Virus record (IMG/VR): IMGVR_UViG_3300043775_002839
Span: 1-64,000 of that record
DNA from: a virus
Strand: one strand, 5' to 3'
Length of the DNA: 64,000 nucleotides
This document shows positions 59,467 to 64,000 of the stretch, in pieces. Under the pieces are notes generated by a model. It had not been told where the DNA came from, did no database searches, and worked only from the letters and a program-made list of their open reading frames with translations. Position numbers and translations under genes: made by a program. How positions within the stretch are numbered: the first letter of the stretch is position 1; every line of letters begins with the position of its first letter.

Positions 59467-60984
59467 ATGGCAAATTTAATTAATGAAGCAGAAATCAGAG
59501 CAACGTGGGCTCCGATTATCGAATCTGCGACAGGTATCAACGATGCAAGCAAATTAGCTTGGATGTCAGAATACTGTCACAACCACAAATTATATGAAGA
59601 TGCTTCTCAAATGAGCTTAGGTACTGCTGGTAACATCTTTGGTATGGGTGCTACAGCTTTACCTGGAAATACCTTTACAAATGGTATGTCTACTACAAAA
59701 GGTTCTGGAGACAAATCTCCTTCTTTACTTCCTTTAGCAATGCAAGTTGCTGCTCAAACTATCGGTCTTGACTTAGTACCAGTAGTTCCTATGGCTGGTC
59801 CAATGGGATTATTATCTTACTTAGACTTTGTTTACGAAGGTGGTAAATTAGGTGGAACTACTGCTCCAACTTATGTTAAAGCTAACCCAGTTGCTGGTAC
59901 TTCTGATTTAGCAGCTGCTACTGCTGGTTCTCCTGCAGTTGCAACATCTACAACTTATACTTACATTGGAAAATCTCGTATCGATGGTTATTCAATCTTT
60001 AAAGTAAATGGTAACCCAGTTGCTGCTAACGTTGCTGCCGATTTACTATTAGCTGTAAATGCTGTATTATCTCCTGATACTACCGGTACTATCTTAGATG
60101 TACAATTAGTAAAAGCTTTAGAGGATCACGTTAAAGGATTCGCTGCTTCTACTGCATCTGGTACTCCATTTACAAGAGAAGGTGGAGAACAAACTCCAGA
60201 CAAAGTTATGGGTCTATCTTTATTCTCTAAAAGCGTTTCAGCTGAAACTTTCCAAGTTGCTGCTGCCGTTACAAGAGAGCAAGTTCAAGATTTAAAACAA
60301 TTCGGAGTTGATGCTGTTGCTCAAGTTGAAGCTGTTTTAACTAATGAATTAACTCAAGGTATTAACCAATACATCTTAGGAAGAATCAGAACTTTAGGTA
60401 CTCTTAACGTTACTAGAGCTTTCAGCGCTGATGCATTTGACTTAAGCTTACCTGCTGCTTCATCTTTAACAGGTGGTGAAACTTTACCTTCTGTTCACAG
60501 AAGAATTCTTTCTCAAATCTTAGCTTCTGCTAACTTAATTGCTAACAGAGGTAGAAGAGGTGCTGGTAACTTCGCAGTATGTGGACCACAAACTGCTACA
60601 GTTTTACAATCAATCGCTGGTTTCGTTGCAAACCCAATGGCAAATACTTTCGCACAAGCTGCTGGAGCTATCTACCCATTAGGATCTGTAGCTGGAATTA
60701 ACATCTATACTGACCCTACAATGGACTGGGCTGATTATTCAATCGCAGTTGGTAGAAAAGGAGACGGAAACGGACCTGGTATCGTATTTATGCCTTACTT
60801 AATGGCTGAATCAGTTCAAGCAATTGCTGAAGGAACTATGGCTCCTAAAGTAGCTGTTAAATCTAGATTCGCTCTAGTTGATGCAGGATTCCACCCTGAA
60901 ACTCAATATGTTGAATTTAATGTTAAACCAATCACTGCTTCACCAGCTGTTGCACAATGGACTAACTTATTAACTTTAGCTTAA
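59467..60984 (+). CDS. gp23: Major capsid protein (T4 gp23-like)
   Basis: W.PI.E, LVPV.PM.GP.G, T.EQ.QDL, RRG.GNF, G.VF.PY, P.V.VKSR. Confidence 0.92.
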   Translation: MANLINEAEIRATWAPIIESATGINDASKLAWMSEYCHNHKLYEDASQMSLGTAGNIFGMGATALPGNTFTNGMSTTKGSGDKSPSLLPLAMQVAAQTIGLDLVPVVPMAGPMGLLSYLDFVYEGGKLGGTTAPTYVKANPVAGTSDLAAATAGSPAVATSTTYTYIGKSRIDGYSIFKVNGNPVAANVAADLLLAVNAVLSPDTTGTILDVQLVKALEDHVKGFAASTASGTPFTREGGEQTPDKVMGLSLFSKSVSAETFQVAAAVTREQVQDLKQFGVDAVAQVEAVLTNELTQGINQYILGRIRTLGTLNVTRAFSADAFDLSLPAASSLTGGETLPSVHRRILSQILASANLIANRGRRGAGNFAVCGPQTATVLQSIAGFVANPMANTFAQAAGAIYPLGSVAGINIYTDPTMDWADYSIAVGRKGDGNGPGIVFMPYLMAESVQAIAEGTMAPKVAVKSRFALVDAGFHPETQYVEFNVKPITASPAVAQWTNLLTLA

Positions 60985-61019
60985 TATTTTACTTTAGAAC
61001 CTACGTTCTAAAGATACTT

Positions 61020-61051
61020 AAAGGGAACTGAGAAATCAGTTCCCTTTTTTT
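61020..61051 (+). terminator. Rho-independent terminator after the major capsid gene
   Basis: AAAGGGAACTGA-GAAA-TCAGTTCCCTTT followed by a T-run. Confidence 0.85.
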
Positions 61052-61088
61052 GTGATATATAATCTATCAAACAAAATACATTAAAATT

Positions 61089-62129
61089 ATGAACAAATTT
61101 GAAAATTGGTATACAAGTATACTTGAAGAGGTTGCAACACCTACCAAAACCCTAGTTGGAGATGTCGATACGATTATAAACTCACTAGACACTCTTGTTA
61201 AAGAATTAACTGAAGAATTTGATTCTCCTGAATTTAATGAAGTAAATGAGGCTGATGCAGAAGGTCCAAGCAAAGTTATGCAATGGATTTGGTGGATGCC
61301 AAAGGCCAGAAAGGCGCAACAAAAGATTAACAAAATTAAATTAAATGTTACTGACATGGAAGCTGCCGCTTCAGATGCTCCGGATAAAGACCAAAAGGCA
61401 AAAATTAGTGCTAAAGCAGGAATTGCTAGAGACCAGGCCGGAGAACTTCAAAAAATGGTTGATGACAAATATGGTGCAAAGGGAGAATTGGTTAAAAAGG
61501 CCCTAAGTAGTGAAAAAATTGCAGGTCAAATTGCATCTATTAAAAGAGCAACGGGATTAGAAGATAATCCAAAAAAGGTTGCATCTTATAAAGAAAAAAT
61601 GGCTGAACTTCAAGTTAAATACAAAGAGGATCAGGCTGCAATTGCAGAACTTGAACCTTCTGAAGAGGATAAAAAAGCTGAAAAAGAAAAGAAAGAAAAG
61701 GAAGCAAAAGATGCTAAAACCGCACAAGATAAATTAAATGCTGACGCAGAAGCTGCTAAAAAAGCAACTGCTGATAAAGAAGCTGCCGACAAAGAAACTG
61801 CCGACAAAGCAACTGCCGACAAAGCAACTGCTGATAAAGAAGCTGCCGACAAAGAAAAACCAAAGGACGATAAAAACTCTAAAGAAGGAAAACTTAAAAG
61901 ATTAGAAGATATGTTAGCAAAAGCTAAAGAATCTGGAGACGAAGAAAAAATCAAAAAAGTACAAGACTTAATTGATAAAGTTTCTGCTAAAGAATCATGG
62001 CAATTAGATGGTACTACATTAGGAATGATGTTAGAATCTGAAATCTTAAAATTAGAGATGAGTTTTACATTAAACGAGTCAAAATACAATAATTTTAGCG
62101 TTAAAGATAGATTCTCTAGATTACTATAA
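61089..62129 (+). CDS. Charged helical late protein with ADK repeats; internal head protein candidate
   Basis: GATATATAAT promoter at 61054; VNE/LNE sites; 15-bp repeats at 61761-61856. Confidence 0.5.
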   Translation: MNKFENWYTSILEEVATPTKTLVGDVDTIINSLDTLVKELTEEFDSPEFNEVNEADAEGPSKVMQWIWWMPKARKAQQKINKIKLNVTDMEAAASDAPDKDQKAKISAKAGIARDQAGELQKMVDDKYGAKGELVKKALSSEKIAGQIASIKRATGLEDNPKKVASYKEKMAELQVKYKEDQAAIAELEPSEEDKKAEKEKKEKEAKDAKTAQDKLNADAEAAKKATADKEAADKETADKATADKATADKEAADKEKPKDDKNSKEGKLKRLEDMLAKAKESGDEEKIKKVQDLIDKVSAKESWQLDGTTLGMMLESEILKLEMSFTLNESKYNNFSVKDRFSRLL

Positions 62130-62624
62130 TTTAGAATTTTTTCTTGCAATATTTAAAAACTCCTTTTGTTGATTCAATAGGAGTTTTTTTACGTGCTGTT
62201 GGAAGGCAACTGAAGATTTAAGGATTCGACCATCCACCGTCTTACCACCAAGAGTATCGTGATAATCAGGATGAACAAAGTTCTCCACATTAAAGTTATT
62301 TATATTAGACCTGATAGGTTCACCAGAAAGTGCACAAGTCCAATCAATCGTATCATAGCTCTCCTCAAGCTCTTCACCTTTCATTAGCTCTCCAGTCGAC
62401 CAATCATAATAGTACCTGTCCCTCTTTGAATCGTTTTTATGTTTACACATTTCAAAAATAATGTGTAGGAACTGGTCAGACTGGGCACTTTCTTTTATTA
62501 GTGGATTCTCTAATAGAAGACGACGCTGTTGTCTAGAGAGACCTTCATAACATACACCATACCTATTCCTTGGATAGGGTCCTCCAGTTCTACGAATCTT
62601 TGGGTATTTGTTATTAAAAGCCAT
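62124..62624 (-). CDS. Hypothetical protein (only credible minus-strand gene)
   Basis: 166 aa ORF filling the gap between + strand genes; minus-strand GATAAATA motif just upstream of the ATG. Confidence 0.55.
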   Translation of the reverse strand: MAFNNKYPKIRRTGGPYPRNRYGVCYEGLSRQQRRLLLENPLIKESAQSDQFLHIIFEMCKHKNDSKRDRYYYDWSTGELMKGEELEESYDTIDWTCALSGEPIRSNINNFNVENFVHPDYHDTLGGKTVDGRILKSSVAFQQHVKKLLLNQQKEFLNIARKNSKL

Positions 62625-62689
62625 AAGATATTTATCTGAAACTTATAGAGACCTTCTTATATAATACCTATAAACTTAAACCTAAAAAA

Positions 62690-63640
62690 ATGATTCAAGC
62701 ACTTTTTACAGAAAAATATCGTCCTAAAAATCTAGAAGACCTAATCCTTCCAGAACGTGTAATGTCGAAATTTGAAAATGGACTAACACAGAACATGTTA
62801 TTGGCAGGTAGCCCAGGAACTGGTAAAACTTCAACTGCAAAGGCTATTGTTAATCAATTTGGATTACCATACCTCTACATTAATGCATCTACCGATACTT
62901 CAGTTGATGTAATTAGAACCCGAATCACTGATTTCTGTTCAACAATGTCAATCCTAGATGACCAAGGAAAATTTAAAGTTGTTATATTAGATGAGGTTGA
63001 TGGTGTATCTGACCAATTCTTTAAAGCACTTCGTGCAACCATGGAGCAGTTTGCAAGTAACTCTCGTTTTATTGCAACTTGTAATTACGTTAATAAAATC
63101 CCAGACCCAATCCTTTCGCGTTTTGAAGTTATTAACTTTGATTTTGATAAAGCAGAAGAGAATGAATTGACTAAGAAATATATTAGACGAGTTTATGATA
63201 TTTGTGGAAAAGAGGAGATGACAATTGAAAAACCAGCCCTTGTAGAATTTGTTAAAAGAAACTTTCCAGACTTACGTAGTACTCTTAATAAATTACAAGG
63301 ATATAAGACACAAGGTACTCAGAATATTACAATAGATGACGTTAAGAAATTTAATTCAGTCTATAAAGATATGTTTGACCTTATTTTTAATCAAATGGAC
63401 CCTGTAGTTAACTATAAGTACATTGTCGGTGAATATTCAAATAGAGTAGATGATGTCCTACAAACGCTTGGTCAAGAATTTATTGAGTATATTCAAACAG
63501 AAAAACCACAAAATGCCCGACACATTCCGCAAATTGCAATTTGCGTTGCAGAACATCAAGCACAAAGAACCTTGGTAATCGACCCGGTTATTACATTGCT
63601 CGCATGTGTGTACAAAATTCAAACAATAGTTAACGGTTAG
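62690..63640 (+). CDS. gp44: Clamp loader large subunit (T4 gp44/RFC-like)
   Basis: EKYRP, GSPGTGKT, LDEVD, SRF, FPDLR. Confidence 0.9.
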   Translation: MIQALFTEKYRPKNLEDLILPERVMSKFENGLTQNMLLAGSPGTGKTSTAKAIVNQFGLPYLYINASTDTSVDVIRTRITDFCSTMSILDDQGKFKVVILDEVDGVSDQFFKALRATMEQFASNSRFIATCNYVNKIPDPILSRFEVINFDFDKAEENELTKKYIRRVYDICGKEEMTIEKPALVEFVKRNFPDLRSTLNKLQGYKTQGTQNITIDDVKKFNSVYKDMFDLIFNQMDPVVNYKYIVGEYSNRVDDVLQTLGQEFIEYIQTEKPQNARHIPQIAICVAEHQAQRTLVIDPVITLLACVYKIQTIVNG

Positions 63641-63641
63641 T

Positions 63642-64000
63642 ATGGAAAAGGTAGCAATAATTTGTCCAATCAAAGATGAAAATACATTTATCCATAAATT
63701 CTTTGAGTACTACAAGCAACATTTAGATAGTAAGGATATTTATATTCTAGATTTCAGATCGTCTGAAGAGTATATTAAAGATGTGATCCGTCCAAATGCA
63801 AATGTAATACATACCGATGCAGATATTTTAGATGCACCTGGAGTTTTCAATGAAATAAAAAAGAACATGGAATTGTTAAAATCTGAAGGATACAATTTTG
63901 TGATTCCATTAGATGTTGATGAGATACTATACTATCATGATGAAGGAGGACTAAAAGGATTCCTACAGGGTTTAACAAAATCCCATGATATAGTAACATG
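63642..64000 (+). CDS. GT-A (family 2-like) glycosyltransferase, 3' truncated; absent from the supplied ORF track
   Basis: Manual translation MEKVAIICPIKDENTFIHKFFEYY...IYILD..S...FVIPLDVDEILY with a DxD motif; frame open to the window end. Confidence 0.65.
   Translation, partial: MEKVAIICPIKDENTFIHKFFEYYKQHLDSKDIYILDFRSSEEYIKDVIRPNANVIHTDADILDAPGVFNEIKKNMELLKSEGYNFVIPLDVDEILYYHDEGGLKGFLQGLTKSHDIVT

Overview
64 kb from an AT-rich, T4-superfamily large or jumbo myophage genome. Genes are almost all on the + strand and read in the standard code. The host is probably Bacteroidota: starts lack Shine-Dalgarno motifs, NrdA is compact, and one protein has a Bacteroidota-phage-style membrane C-terminus. 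The window carries T4-like replication and recombination genes (RuvC-like resolvase, gp32, primase, UvsY, UvsW, gp43 split in two, NrdB/NrdA, probable clamp, UvsX, gp41, gp47/46, gp44) and head/tail genes (gp3, gp15, gp55, gp4, gp2, portal, protease-scaffold fusion, major capsid). Main unusual elements: (1) a candidate inositol-based DNA hypermodification operon (Ino1, HAD phosphatase, FkbM methyltransferase, aGPT-Pplase1-like DNA transferase, dCTP/dUTPase); (2) uvsX fractured by a naturally split intein with a free-standing endonuclease between the halves; (3) an ~11.5 kb array of capsid-targeted proteins and polyproteins punctuated by conserved ES-x-x-N-E linkers; (4) a TROVE/Ro-like gene followed by an independently transcribed structured RNA with repeated stem+UACAGCAA units; (5) two tandem small RNA candidates after nrdA; (6) two well-defined phage promoter classes. 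All family assignments come from reading motifs by eye; no database search was run.
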